Of a stretch of 64,000 nt of DNA, positions 28,616-38,615 are shown in pieces. The notes below the pieces were generated by a model that was not told the origin of the DNA, ran no database searches, and worked only from the letters and a program-made list of their open reading frames with translations. Source of the DNA: Chloroflexota bacterium (GTDB lineage Bacteria > Chloroflexota > Limnocylindria > QHBO01); assembly GCA_052388515.1 (NCBI GenBank), contig JBQTHZ010000077.1, positions 6,351-70,350 on the forward strand, read 5' to 3'. Position 1 is the stretch's first letter; each line of letters starts with the position of its first letter. The position numbers and the translations under genes are program-made.

Positions 28616-29764
28616 TCAGGCGGCGTCGGCGGACCGGCGGGCCGGCACGATGAGCGCCGCGGCCACCAGGGTGGTGAGCGGCACGGCCGCCACGATGCCG
28701 ACGCTGCCGACGAGCGCCCGGATGACCTCGACCGCCACGACCTCGCCGTTGAGCACGAGCAGCGGCGACTGGCCACTCAGCGCGAAGAGGAGCAGCAGCG
28801 GCAGGCCGGCACCCAGGTACGCCAGCATCAGGGTGTTGACGGTGGCCGCGATGTGCGAGCGGCCCACGCGCATGGCGCGGCCGATGACGCCCCTCCGGCC
28901 GGCTGCCGGCTCCGCCCGGTGAAGCTGCTCGACCGTGGCCGCCTGTGTCACGGTCACGTCGTCGAGCACCCCGAGAGCCCCGAAGACGGTGGCCGCCAGG
29001 AGGATGCCGTTGAGGTCGATTCGATCGCCGACAAGCGGGATGAGGAACGCGATCTCCTCGCTTCCCTGCAGCGCGGTGAACGCGGCTGCCGTCGTGAAGA
29101 TCGCGGCGAGCCCCGCCGTCAGGACGAGCGCCGCCGACGTTCCCAGGACCGCGGCCAGCGTCACGCGGCTGAACCCCTCGCTCAGCAGCAGGGTGGCGAG
29201 CGTGACGGCCGCGCCCACGCCGACGGCGAGAAGGATCGGGTCGAAGCCGCGAAGGAGGAGGGGCACCACCACCTTGACGACGACCGTCAGGGTCAACGCC
29301 AGCGCCACGAGGGAGCGCATCCCGCGCAATCCGCCCACGACGATGACGGCCAGCGAAAAGACCATGGCCACGACTCCGAGCAGCGGCAGGCGCCACGGCT
29401 CGCTGATGACGGCGAACGGCCCCGCCGCCGGTCCGGAGAAGCTGGTGACGACCACCTCGTCGCCCACGTCGTACGGCTCCCGGGTCGACGATCCCGGCAC
29501 CGCCGTCGATCCGTCCTGCACGACGGCCTCGATGCGCTCGCCGGCAAACGGACCGTCGCTCACCTCGACCGCGAAGAGCGGCAGGCCGGTCTGATCGAAC
29601 CCGAGCGATTCGACGATGCGGCCGTGGTCCGTCCGCTGGCCGACCACCGGGATCGCGTCGGCAGGCGTGAGATCGGGCATGAGCCACAGGCCGGCGACCA
29701 TTGCCGAACCAAGCACGACCGCGACCAGCGCGGAGCCGATGCGTCGAGGAAGCGATTCGTCCAT
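28616..29764 (-). CDS. YibE/F family membrane protein
   Basis: 382 aa. N-terminal TM and periplasmic segment, then a multi-TM core typical of PF07907. Confidence 0.65.
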   Translation of the reverse strand: MDESLPRRIGSALVAVVLGSAMVAGLWLMPDLTPADAIPVVGQRTDHGRIVESLGFDQTGLPLFAVEVSDGPFAGERIEAVVQDGSTAVPGSSTREPYDVGDEVVVTSFSGPAAGPFAVISEPWRLPLLGVVAMVFSLAVIVVGGLRGMRSLVALALTLTVVVKVVVPLLLRGFDPILLAVGVGAAVTLATLLLSEGFSRVTLAAVLGTSAALVLTAGLAAIFTTAAAFTALQGSEEIAFLIPLVGDRIDLNGILLAATVFGALGVLDDVTVTQAATVEQLHRAEPAAGRRGVIGRAMRVGRSHIAATVNTLMLAYLGAGLPLLLLFALSGQSPLLVLNGEVVAVEVIRALVGSVGIVAAVPLTTLVAAALIVPARRSADAA

Positions 29765-29804
29765 CCTGGTTCGAGGATAGACGCCGGGCTATCCTTGGCG
29801 TCCG

Positions 29805-31046
29805 ATGCCACTGCCCGACGCCCGCCATCCCGAGCTGCTCGCCTACCGCTCCGAGTTCCCGCTCCTCGACGCATCGGTCTACCTGAACACTTGCTCGCTG
29901 GGTGCCCGGTCAGAGCGGTCCCGGCGTCGCCTGGACTCGTTCCTGGCCGATTGGGACGAGCTCGGTGCGCGGGCCTGGTACCGGCGCTGGCTCGACGAGC
30001 TCGACGGCCTGCGCGACGACTTTGGCGCCCTGCTGGGCGTTGATGGTGCAGAAATCTCGCTGGCGCCGAACGTCAGCTCCGCGCTCTCCGTCGTGGCGTC
30101 GGCGCTCGACCCGATCCACCGCGGCGACCGCGCGAGCCTCGATCGGCTCACCGCCACGGGCCTGGACGCGGGCGTGGCTCCGCGGACGCGCGTCGTCACA
30201 ACGGCGCTGGACTTCCCCACCATCGGCCACCAATGGCTGGCCCGCGAACCGCTCGGAGTCGAGCTCGCGGTCGTGCCCACGACCGACGGGGTCACGGTCG
30301 GCCTCGACGCCCTGGCCGAGGCGATCGACGAACGAACGGCGCTGGTGGCGATCGGTCACGTCTTCTTCACCACCGGCGCGGTGAACGACCTCGCCGCGGT
30401 CGCGGCGCTCTGCCATGAGCGCGGCGCGCTCCTCCTGGTCGACGCGTACCAGGCCACCGGCATCGTTCCGACCGACCTTTCCGCTGCCGAGGTCGACATC
30501 TACGTTTCGGGGACGCTGAAGTGGCTGTTCGGCGGGCCGGGCACGGCCTTCCTGCGCGTGCGACCGGAGCTGCGGGAGGCCCTGGTGCCGACCACGACCG
30601 GCTGGTTCAGCAGCGCACGCCAATTCGCCTTCGCCGTGGACGAGCTGGAGCTCTCGGCGAATGGCCGACGCTACGAGCTGGGAACGCCATCGGTACCTTC
30701 GGCCGCCATCGCGCGCGGGGGCACCGAGCTGGTCCGCGAGATCGGCGTGGATCGTCTCGGCGAGCGTACGCGCGATCTCGGTGAGCTGCTCGTCGGACTC
30801 GCCGACGAAGCCGGCCTGGAGGTCCGGGCCGTGCGCGATCCCGAGCGGCGCGGCGGCATCGTGCCGATCGTGGTCACGGATCCGAAGCCCGCCGTCGACG
30901 CGCTGGCCGCCGAAGGGATCATCGTCGACTTCCGGCCCGGCATCGTGCGCTGCTCGCCGGCCTTCTACAACACCGAGGAGGAGGTGCGCCTCCTCGTCGA
31001 GCACCTCGCGGTGCGCGTGCCGAGGGTCGATCCGGCGGTCAGATGA
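29805..31046 (+). CDS. Class V aminotransferase-fold PLP enzyme, kynureninase-like
   Basis: 413 aa. PLP-lysine context SGTLKWLFGGPG resembles the kynureninase/cysteine-desulfurase family. Divergent from the YibE/F gene. Confidence 0.65.
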   Translation: MPLPDARHPELLAYRSEFPLLDASVYLNTCSLGARSERSRRRLDSFLADWDELGARAWYRRWLDELDGLRDDFGALLGVDGAEISLAPNVSSALSVVASALDPIHRGDRASLDRLTATGLDAGVAPRTRVVTTALDFPTIGHQWLAREPLGVELAVVPTTDGVTVGLDALAEAIDERTALVAIGHVFFTTGAVNDLAAVAALCHERGALLLVDAYQATGIVPTDLSAAEVDIYVSGTLKWLFGGPGTAFLRVRPELREALVPTTTGWFSSARQFAFAVDELELSANGRRYELGTPSVPSAAIARGGTELVREIGVDRLGERTRDLGELLVGLADEAGLEVRAVRDPERRGGIVPIVVTDPKPAVDALAAEGIIVDFRPGIVRCSPAFYNTEEEVRLLVEHLAVRVPRVDPAVR

Positions 31047-34000
31047 CCTGGAAGAGGCCCAGGCGGTGGGCGACCGCGGCGGCCTCGCTTCGGCGCGTCA
31101 CGCCGAGCTTGCCGAGGATGTTGCTGACGTGCACCCCCGCAGTGCTCTCGGCCATGAACAGCTTGTCCGCGATCTGCCTGTTGCTGCGCCCGTCGGCGAG
31201 CATCGCGAGCACCTCGCGTTCACGCGGCGTCAGGCCCAGTCGATCGGCGGTGTCATCCGCGGTGGCCACGCCCTCGAGACCGATGCGCGCGCGACGGGCA
31301 AGTGCCTCGATGGCCTCGCGCAACGGGCGAGCGCCAAGCTCGACGGCAATCACGTGTGCCTCGGACAGCGCCGATGCGCCGTCGTCGCGGCGGCGGGCGC
31401 CGAACGAGACCGCAGCCAGGCCGGCGAGCGCGCTCGCCAGCTCGTAGGGGCGAGCGAGGGACCGGCGGGCCGTCACGGCCGACTCCCACGCGTCGATGTC
31501 GGCCTGCCCCCGCGCGCGTGAGACGAGCGCATTCGCGAGCAGCAGATCGGCTTCGATCGATGACGCCGGACGGGAGGCCACCTCCCGGACGCGCGCGACA
31601 TGGCGCTCCATCTGCGTGCCGAGATCGCCGGCGCGAGCGATCGCAGCTGCTTCCCGGTCGCGATCGTCGGAGCCGCGCGCCGCGTCGGCCTCCTCGGCTT
31701 CCGCGCGCAGACCGAGCATCAGCAGCCGCCGCGCGTCGGTGTCGAGATCGGGCTCGATGAGGCGCTCGAGCGTCTCGGCGACGATGCGACGCGCCACCGT
31801 CGGTTCGCCCGAGACGAGGGCCAGCTCCGCCCGACGGGCGCCCATGAGATCCGGGTCGGGCCCCACCACGCGCTCACCGAGCGCTTCGTAGGTGAGCAGA
31901 TCGCGCCGTGCTCGGCCCAGCTGCCCACGGCCGATCGTCAGCTGGATGCGATTGGAGAGCAGCCAGCGCATGGCGTAGCGCGTCGGTTCTCCTGCGATCG
32001 TCTCATCGAGCACCCGCGCAGCGTCGTCCCACCGCCCGAGATCGTAGAGCGCGCGTCCCATCTTCGAGCCGAGCTGGCCGCCGAAGCGGGCATCGGCCCC
32101 CATCTCCCGCAGCCGGTCGCGCGCCGCGCGGGCCAGCTCGTATGCCTCCTCGTGCCGCGCGGCCTCGTCGAGCGCCCAGCCGAGGCCGACGGCGGTCAGG
32201 AAGATCGCCTGCGGATCGCCGAGGTCGACAGCGAGCAGATACCCGTCCCGCAGGATGGGGATGCCGCGCTCGAGGTCGGAGCGGCAGGCAAGATCGAGCC
32301 CGAGGGCGGTGAGCGCACGCGTCTCGGCAGGGCCGGCACCCACCGCGCGCGAGATGGCGAGGGCCGCCTCGGCAAGCGCCATCGACTCGCTGAACCGGCC
32401 GCGGACCATCAACGAGTGCGCCAGCTCGGCCACCACCCGTGCCCGCTCGGGGGTGGGCGGATCGATGGGAATCAGGTCCACCGCGCGTTCCATGGCAGCC
32501 ACGCCCGATTGCCAGTCACCCGACTCGTTCAGATACCAGGCCAACCGATGATGGAGGGCGCCGGCCCGCATCGGGTCGCGGAGCGCATCGATTTCGGCCA
32601 ATGCCGCCCTGACCAGGTCGATGGATCGCCGCGGATCCCCCGCCTGTGCGGCCGCCTCTGCCGCTTCCTCCAGGATGACGGTGCGATCGATGCCCGCGGG
32701 GAGCCTCTCCGGCGCGACCTTGGCCCACAGCTCCAGGCTGCGCTCGAGGAACGCCTGGGCCTCGGGATAGGCAAACGCCAGAGCGGCCGCGCGAGCCGCG
32801 CCGAGCGTCGCCGGCAAGGCCCGCTCGAGGTCATGTGCCATCAGCCAGTGATGAGCCAGCTGCGCGGCGATGCCGGCACGCTCCTGCGGGTCGCCCTGGG
32901 CCCGGCGTTCGATGGCAACCGCGTAGGCCGCATGCATCTGGGTTCGCTCGTTGGGCAGCAGCTCCTCGTACACCACCTCCTGCACGAGCGCATGACGGAA
33001 GCGGTAGCCCGGAACCTCCTCGGGAGCGGTCGGGACGAGGAGATGATGCTCGACCGCCGCGCGAACGGCCTCGGTCAGGGTGGATTCCGGCAGGGCGGCG
33101 ACCTCGGCCAGGATGCCGTGATCCACGCGCGCGCCCGCGACCGACGCGAGACGCAGCACGCGCTGCGCCTCTCCCTCGAGCCGGCGGACGCGGTCATCGA
33201 GCGTGTCGCGCAGGCTCCGGGGGAGCGCCAGGCCAGCCTCGCCGACCGCCATCAGCTCCTCGACGAAGAACGGGTTGCCACCGGACCGGGTGAGAACCGC
33301 CGAAACGAGCTCGGGATGCGGTGCCTCGCCGGTGATCCCGGCCAGCTGCTCCGCCAGCTCATCGGCACCGAATGCGCCGAGCTCGATGTCGTCCACGGCC
33401 TCCAGGCGCTCGAGCTCCGCGAGCAGCGGCCGGAGCGGGTGGCGGCGGTGCAGCTCGTCCGACCGATAGGTCCCGATGAACAGGAAGCGAGCGTCCCGCG
33501 CGTTGCGGACCAGGAAGCGCAGCAGATCCCGCGTGGAGGAGTCGGCCCAGTGCAGATCCTCCAGGATCAGCACCACCGGCGCATCATCGGCGAGCCGGCG
33601 CAGCAGGCCGAAGACGATCTCGAACAGGCGCGCCTGCTCGGCGGTCGCGGATGGTGTGCCATCCCGGCGGCGACTGGCGGCCACCGTCGGCGACGCCAGG
33701 TCCGGCAGCAGGTGGGCGAGCTCCGCGCGGCCGGGACCGATCAGCTCGTCCAGCCGCTCGCGTGGCATCGAGCGCAGCAACGGTCGCAGGGCCCCGACGA
33801 ACGGCGCGTAGGGGAGGCCCGTCTCGCCCAGCTGCAGGCAATCGCCGATGAGCACGTGAGCGCCGGACGATCGGGCGCCGCCAACGAATTCGCTGATCAG
33901 GCGGGTCTTGCCGATGCCGGCATCTCCCGCCACCAGGCGCGTCATCGACCGGGCGCCCTTCGCCAGCTCGAGCGCGTCGCACAGTCGTTCCAGCTCGGCT

Positions 34001-34056
34001 GTGCGCCCCACGAAGATCGGGCTGCTGACGCGGGCCATGGCGGCGATCATACCCAT
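31039..34056 (-). CDS. LAL-family transcriptional regulator: AAA ATPase, TPR-like repeats, C-terminal LuxR HTH
   Basis: Walker A GDAGIGKTRL. About 1000 aa. C-terminus ...REREVLAMLADGRSNRQIADKLFMAESTAGVHVSNILGKLGV is a LuxR-type HTH. Start chosen at MGMIAAMARVSSPIFVGRTAEL. Confidence 0.8.
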   Translation of the reverse strand: MGMIAAMARVSSPIFVGRTAELERLCDALELAKGARSMTRLVAGDAGIGKTRLISEFVGGARSSGAHVLIGDCLQLGETGLPYAPFVGALRPLLRSMPRERLDELIGPGRAELAHLLPDLASPTVAASRRRDGTPSATAEQARLFEIVFGLLRRLADDAPVVLILEDLHWADSSTRDLLRFLVRNARDARFLFIGTYRSDELHRRHPLRPLLAELERLEAVDDIELGAFGADELAEQLAGITGEAPHPELVSAVLTRSGGNPFFVEELMAVGEAGLALPRSLRDTLDDRVRRLEGEAQRVLRLASVAGARVDHGILAEVAALPESTLTEAVRAAVEHHLLVPTAPEEVPGYRFRHALVQEVVYEELLPNERTQMHAAYAVAIERRAQGDPQERAGIAAQLAHHWLMAHDLERALPATLGAARAAALAFAYPEAQAFLERSLELWAKVAPERLPAGIDRTVILEEAAEAAAQAGDPRRSIDLVRAALAEIDALRDPMRAGALHHRLAWYLNESGDWQSGVAAMERAVDLIPIDPPTPERARVVAELAHSLMVRGRFSESMALAEAALAISRAVGAGPAETRALTALGLDLACRSDLERGIPILRDGYLLAVDLGDPQAIFLTAVGLGWALDEAARHEEAYELARAARDRLREMGADARFGGQLGSKMGRALYDLGRWDDAARVLDETIAGEPTRYAMRWLLSNRIQLTIGRGQLGRARRDLLTYEALGERVVGPDPDLMGARRAELALVSGEPTVARRIVAETLERLIEPDLDTDARRLLMLGLRAEAEEADAARGSDDRDREAAAIARAGDLGTQMERHVARVREVASRPASSIEADLLLANALVSRARGQADIDAWESAVTARRSLARPYELASALAGLAAVSFGARRRDDGASALSEAHVIAVELGARPLREAIEALARRARIGLEGVATADDTADRLGLTPREREVLAMLADGRSNRQIADKLFMAESTAGVHVSNILGKLGVTRRSEAAAVAHRLGLFQVI

Positions 34057-34087
34057 CGACGTCCCCCGGATCGAGCGCGACGGAGCG

Positions 34088-34654
34088 TCACGCCGCTGCA
34101 ACGGAATCGCGCAGCCTGCTGCGATGACGGCAGATCAGCGAGCGAGTCGCCAGCTCGCTGCGGCCGATATGGCGTGCGATCTCCGCGCCGGTGTAGCCGT
34201 GGGCACTCAGCAGCAGCGCTGTCCGGACGTCCGTTGGCAATCCGGCCAGCCGCCCGGCGAGGGCGCCCGCCGCTTCGCGCTCGATGAGCTCATCCTCTGG
34301 CGATGGAGCCGTCTCGCGACGCATCAGCTCTGGAGCCCGGCGCCGAGCGACGCCATGGTGCCGGGCGCGAGAGGTGGCGAGGTTGATGCCGACCCGAAAG
34401 AGCCACGCCCGGACGTTGCGCGGCGCTCGGCCGGCGGCGAGCTCGGTCAGCAGACGGACGAACGTCTCGTGCAGCAGGTCCTCCGCGGCGGCGGTGTCAC
34501 GCGTGGAGGCGGCCAGGTGCGTGCGCAGCGGGCCCGCGTGGTCTGCATACGCGGTGGATGCCAGGATGGCCAGTACGGCGACCGTCTCCCCCCGGGCGCC
34601 CCCCGCGCCCCGGTCGCCGTCATCCTCCCCCGCGGCCATCCCCATCACCGCCAC
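34088..34654 (-). CDS. ECF-type sigma-70 factor
   Basis: 188 aa. Region 2 (LLHETFVRLL...AWLFRVGINL) and region 4 (TALLLSAHGYTGAEIARHIG...). Directly upstream of the LAL regulator. Confidence 0.7.
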   Translation of the reverse strand: MAVMGMAAGEDDGDRGAGGARGETVAVLAILASTAYADHAGPLRTHLAASTRDTAAAEDLLHETFVRLLTELAAGRAPRNVRAWLFRVGINLATSRARHHGVARRRAPELMRRETAPSPEDELIEREAAGALAGRLAGLPTDVRTALLLSAHGYTGAEIARHIGRSELATRSLICRHRSRLRDSVAAA

Positions 34655-34704
34655 CGTACGACTAAAGGTTCCCCGAGCGCATCTGGAGAACCTTTATTTT
34701 TCAG

Positions 34705-35961
34705 CTACGTGCCGGATTCCCATGACTCGCTGTAGGTCTTCTGCGCGGACGTCATCGGGTCGATGCGAATGCCCATGCTCTCGAGCTTGAGGCGAGCGAC
34801 ATCGCGGTCGATGTCGTCGGGGATGCCGTACACGGCCGGCTCCAGCTCGTCGAGGTGGGCTCGCAGCCACTCGAGACCGAGCGCCTGGTTGGCGAAGCTC
34901 ATGTCCATCACCAGCGCCGGATGCCCCTCGGCCGCGCCGAGGTTGACCAGGCGGCCATCGGCGAGGACGTAGATGCGCCGCCCGTCATCCATCAGGTACT
35001 CCCGGGTGAACGGGCGCACCTCGCGAGACGAGGTCGCCAGATCCTCGAGCGCGGCAAGCTCGAACTCGTCGTTGAAGTGGCCGGCGTTGGCGAGGATCGC
35101 GCCGTCCGGCATCGCCGGAAAGTGATCACGACCCCACACGTTCAGGTTGCCGGTGGCACTGATGAACACGTCGCCGACCGCTGCCGATGCGGCTGCGTTC
35201 ATGACCCGGTACCCATCCATGGCGGCCTCGAGGGCGCGGACCGGGTCGACCTCGCAGACCACCACGTTGGCGCCCATGCCGTGCGCGCGAGACGCGATGC
35301 CGCGGCCAACCCAACCATACCCACCGATGACGACCGTCTTGCCGGCGAACAGGATGTTCGTCGCGCGCAGGATCCCGTCGATGGCACTCTGACCGGTTCC
35401 GTAGCGATTGTCGAACAGGTGCTTGGTGAGCGCCTCGTTCACGGCCACCACCGGATAGCGCAGCTTGCCCGCGGCCGCCATGGCACGCAGCCGGATGACG
35501 CCGGTGGTCGTCTCCTCCGTTCCGCCGATGACCTCGTCCAGCAGCTCCGTGCGCTTCGTGTGCAGCTCGTTCACGAGATCGGCACCGTCGTCCATGGTGA
35601 CGTGCGGTCGGTGATCGAGCGCCGAGCTGATGTGGGCGTAGTACGAGTCTCGGTCCTCGCCCTTGATGGCGTACACGGGGATGCCGTCGTGGGTGACGAG
35701 CGAGGCCGCCACGTCGTCCTGGGTCGAGAGTGGGTTCGAGCTGCACAGGACCACGTCTGCACCGCCGTCGGCGAGTGCGCGCACCAGGTTCGCGGTCTCG
35801 GCCGTGACGTGCAGGCAGGCACTGATGCGCCATCCCGCCAACGGCTGCTCCGCTGCGAAGCGCTCGCGGATGGCGGCGAGGACCGGCATCTGCCGGTCGG
35901 CCCACTCGATCTTCAGCCGTCCGGCATCGGCAAGGCCGATGTCGGCGACATCATGGTTCAC
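34705..35961 (-). CDS. ahcY: Adenosylhomocysteinase
   Basis: Homology begins at (V)[22 protein letters not shown]-binding GYGWVGRG present. GTG start at 35961 overlaps the GNAT stop (GTGA). The TTG listed in the track would overlap the GNAT gene by 105 nt. Confidence 0.85.
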   Translation of the reverse strand: MNHDVADIGLADAGRLKIEWADRQMPVLAAIRERFAAEQPLAGWRISACLHVTAETANLVRALADGGADVVLCSSNPLSTQDDVAASLVTHDGIPVYAIKGEDRDSYYAHISSALDHRPHVTMDDGADLVNELHTKRTELLDEVIGGTEETTTGVIRLRAMAAAGKLRYPVVAVNEALTKHLFDNRYGTGQSAIDGILRATNILFAGKTVVIGGYGWVGRGIASRAHGMGANVVVCEVDPVRALEAAMDGYRVMNAAASAAVGDVFISATGNLNVWGRDHFPAMPDGAILANAGHFNDEFELAALEDLATSSREVRPFTREYLMDDGRRIYVLADGRLVNLGAAEGHPALVMDMSFANQALGLEWLRAHLDELEPAVYGIPDDIDRDVARLKLESMGIRIDPMTSAQKTYSESWESGT

Positions 35962-36818
35962 TTCTGTTCGCGTGGCCACGGAAATCGCATCGCCTCTCGT
36001 ATCGGTCGCATCAATCCCCAGCCGCCGGCACGCCGTCTGGCGAGGCGCTCGATGAACTGGCAATGCGTACCGTAGCCGAGGCGCGCATAGGCCGCGACCG
36101 CGGGCTCGTTGTCGGCGTGGACGTTGAGCGCCACGTCGGTCACGCGGTCGAGCAGCTCGGCGGTGACGGCACTGGTCACCATCTTGGCAAAGTCGTGGCC
36201 ACGGAAGTCGACGTGTGTCATCACGTTGCCGACGATGCCGATCTCCTCGCGCGGATTGATGGCGTGGGTGCCGGCAGCGCTCACCAACCGGCCACGCACG
36301 CGGACGCCGTAGTAGATGCCGTCTTCCACCACGGACCCCGGAAACCCGGCGCGGTATCCGAGCTGGTAGAGACGGTTGAGGTCATCGACGTCAAGCGCGG
36401 TGAGACGCTCTGCCGGACCCGCGAACGGGATGAACGACTCGCGGTCGACCGCCATGCGCAGCATGACGAGCGGTCCGTCAAGCTCATAGATGTCCCGAAC
36501 GGCTGCCTCGTGGAGCTCGGTCGCCTGCAGGTATGCGTCGCGGGGCTTGAGAACGCCTTCCAGGATTGCTCGGCAGCCGTCGGGGGCCCCCATCAGGAAG
36601 AGCGGCTGGGGAACCAGGCCCTCGTGGTGCATCGCCAGGGCGGTCGGGCTTCCGGTATCGTCGTGCGCCATCGCCCAAGCCACACGCGAGCGGTTCGGAC
36701 CGTCGAGGTCGCCGAGCGCATAGGCCGCGTAGATCCGATCCTGCCGCAGAAAGGCGACGATCTCGCCGCGGTCGCTGACCGCACGAGCGCGGAGTCGGGG
36801 CGATGCGGCGACCACCAT
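35958..36818 (-). CDS. GNAT-family N-acetyltransferase (FR47-like)
   Basis: 286 aa. C-terminal acetyl-CoA-binding-like motif ([16 protein letters not shown]). Confidence 0.45.
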   Translation of the reverse strand: MVVAASPRLRARAVSDRGEIVAFLRQDRIYAAYALGDLDGPNRSRVAWAMAHDDTGSPTALAMHHEGLVPQPLFLMGAPDGCRAILEGVLKPRDAYLQATELHEAAVRDIYELDGPLVMLRMAVDRESFIPFAGPAERLTALDVDDLNRLYQLGYRAGFPGSVVEDGIYYGVRVRGRLVSAAGTHAINPREEIGIVGNVMTHVDFRGHDFAKMVTSAVTAELLDRVTDVALNVHADNEPAVAAYARLGYGTHCQFIERLARRRAGGWGLMRPIREAMRFPWPREQK

Positions 36819-36832
36819 CGGTCCGGCCAGGC

Positions 36833-37363
36833 TCAGTAGGTGAGCAATGCGTGGATCTCGAACTCGTCCAGCTTGTCACGCCCGTTGAGGGCGCCGAGCT
36901 CGACCATGAACGAGAGTCCCGCGATCTCGCCGCCCAACCGACGAACGAGCTCGATGGTGCCCATCACCGTGCCGCCGGTGGCCAGCAGATCGTCGACGAT
37001 GAGCACGCGCTGCCCCTTGCCGATGGCATCCGAGTGGATCTCGAGCGTCGCGGTGCCGTACTCGAGCTCGTACTCGACCTCGATCGTCTCCGCCGGCAGC
37101 TTGCCGAGCTTGCGAACCGGGACGAACCCGGCATTGAGCTTGTAGGCCAGCGGCGCGGAGAAGATGAAGCCACGCGACTCCATGCCGACCACCACATCGA
37201 CGTTGGCGTCCCCCACCTGGTCGGCCATGCGGTCGATCACCTCCCGGAACGCATCGCCGTCCTTGAGCAGGGTGGTGATGTCGTAGAACAGGATGCCCGG
37301 CTTCGGAAAGTCGGGGACCTCCCGGATGAGGGCGCGAAGGTCGTCGACGGATGAGACGGTCAC
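36833..37363 (-). CDS. apt: Adenine phosphoribosyltransferase
   Basis: 176 aa. PRPP-binding [13 protein letters not shown] and Apt-like N-terminus. GTG start. Confidence 0.85.
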   Translation of the reverse strand: MTVSSVDDLRALIREVPDFPKPGILFYDITTLLKDGDAFREVIDRMADQVGDANVDVVVGMESRGFIFSAPLAYKLNAGFVPVRKLGKLPAETIEVEYELEYGTATLEIHSDAIGKGQRVLIVDDLLATGGTVMGTIELVRRLGGEIAGLSFMVELGALNGRDKLDEFEIHALLTY

Positions 37364-37901
37364 GTGCGGTGGGCACTCCCGGATGGACTCTGCTGGACGA
37401 ATCAGTGCCGGGTGAGTCTAGACCGATGCGCCCTTCGGCGGCAATGCATCCGTGGCCATCTTGGTGGCCTTCCTCCGTCGCCGCTCGCGTCGTCAGCGGC
37501 CCGGCCCGACGCCCGATCCGCATCTGCCGGCGCCCGCGTCGTCAGCGGCGCGTCCTGACGACAGTAGGCGCGCCAACGATGCTGTTGCAGCCCATCAGCC
37601 GTGGGCTCTGAGCGTGAACCGTGCTCCCATCAGCGCGTCGCGTCACTTTCAACCTACCTAACGTCGTCTCAACAGGCCCCTGACAACTGTCGGGCTTAAC
37701 TCGGACTCCGCCGGGGAGTCAGTCGAATTCCCAGGTCACGTCGTCGGGAAGGTCCGGCACGGACGTCCAGGGCGCGGCCCTTCCGATCGGTGAGGAAGTG
37801 CTCAAGCGGAGGGAAGCCCTGCCCACACGCCCACGCTTCCGGACGCACGCCGGTGGCCCGGTTCAGGGCGCTGCTGTTTGCGTTGGCGTTGGGCGATCCA
37901 T

Positions 37902-38303
37902 TCACGCCGGGGAGGCAACCGGAAGGCCGAGCCCCCGCGCGCCATCGATCATGCGGCGGTCGTAGGTGACGATTGCCTCCAGCTCGTCCCCGAGTCGCAG
38001 CGCAGTCGCCAGATGAAGCGCGTCAAGCGTTCGGATGCCGACGGGCCTGAGTTCGGCGGCCGCCCCGAGGACCACCTCTTCGACGTCGAGCAAGGTGATG
38101 GCAGTCATCAGGTCTCGGGCAGCCAGGACCACATCGTTGCCCTCAGTTACCTGTCGCAAGGCCGCACGGACCACCTCCACCCGGAAGAGTGCGGAGGATG
38201 TCCAGGTCGTGCGGTCGTCGAGCCATCGGCGTAGCGCGCTCGACTCCTCCTCGCCGATCAGGAGCTTCACCCCGGCCGACGCGTCGAGGTAGACGCGTCG
38301 CAC
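37902..38303 (-). CDS. vapC: PIN-domain ribonuclease toxin
   Basis: 133 aa. Conserved PIN acidic residues (MRRVYLDASA...TLDALHLATA...TYDRR). The ATG overlaps the antitoxin stop. Confidence 0.8.
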   Translation of the reverse strand: MRRVYLDASAGVKLLIGEEESSALRRWLDDRTTWTSSALFRVEVVRAALRQVTEGNDVVLAARDLMTAITLLDVEEVVLGAAAELRPVGIRTLDALHLATALRLGDELEAIVTYDRRMIDGARGLGLPVASPA

Positions 38304-38581
38304 TAGATCCTGTCCTCGCGCATCTCCTCCAGGATCTCGGACAGCGGCCGGGCGCCAGGCGTTGGAGGTAGCGGCGCGGGCAGCGTCCGCGGATCTCTCG
38401 TGGCCGGCGTGGCCTTCCCCTCAGCGATGAGCCGATCGACAATGCTCTCGCCCTTCGGCAGCGGTGCGAGGCGCGCCACCGGCCGGCCGCGATCGGTCAC
38501 CTCGATCGTCTCGCCCCCCTCAGCCGCGCGGACGTACTCCGATGCGTTCTGTCGCAGTTCCCGAATGCCGATGCGCTTCAT
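38303..38581 (-). CDS. vapB: Phd/YefM-type antitoxin
   Basis: MKRIGIRELRQNASEYVRAAEGGETIEVTDRGRPVARL is a typical Phd/YefM N-terminus. Start chosen at MKRIG, immediately downstream of a TACAAT -10 box inside the operator palindrome. Confidence 0.7.
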   Translation of the reverse strand: MKRIGIRELRQNASEYVRAAEGGETIEVTDRGRPVARLAPLPKGESIVDRLIAEGKATPATRDPRTLPAPLPPTPGARPLSEILEEMREDRI

Positions 38582-38615
38582 GTGCAACATTGTAGCACAT
38601 TGGGCTGTCACCCTG
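38575..38615 (-). promoter_or_regulatory. vapBC promoter/operator: inverted repeat TGTGC-tacaatgtt-GCACA with an embedded TACAAT -10
   Basis: Minus-strand sequence CAATGTGCTACAATGTTGCACATGAAG. An AT-rich palindrome inside the last codons of acnA. Places the MKRIG start 7-10 nt after the -10, implying a leaderless or near-leaderless transcript. Confidence 0.45.

Noticed and set aside
36063-36063. TTG at 36063 as the ahcY start, as given by the ORF track
   Set aside because: It would overlap the GNAT gene by 105 nt and precede the onset of AhcY homology. The GTG at 35961 gives a GTGA overlap with the GNAT stop and a canonical N-terminus.
37560-37600. Possible SAH riboswitch upstream of the ahcY string (GGGCTGCAAC on the minus strand)
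   Set aside because: Only one short block loosely resembles the GAGGAGCGCUGC core. ahcY is the third gene of the string. Needs a covariance-model scan and is not called.
37700-37745. tRNA-like GTCGAATTCCC (T-loop-like) sequence
   Set aside because: No acceptor or anticodon stem arrangement can be drawn around it on either strand. There is no tRNA in this window as far as I can tell.
37795-37830. SAM-I-like CGGAGGGAAGCCC motif on the plus strand
   Set aside because: Only the GGAGGGA kink-turn-like fragment matches. Other S-box conserved blocks are missing and no gene lies downstream in that orientation.
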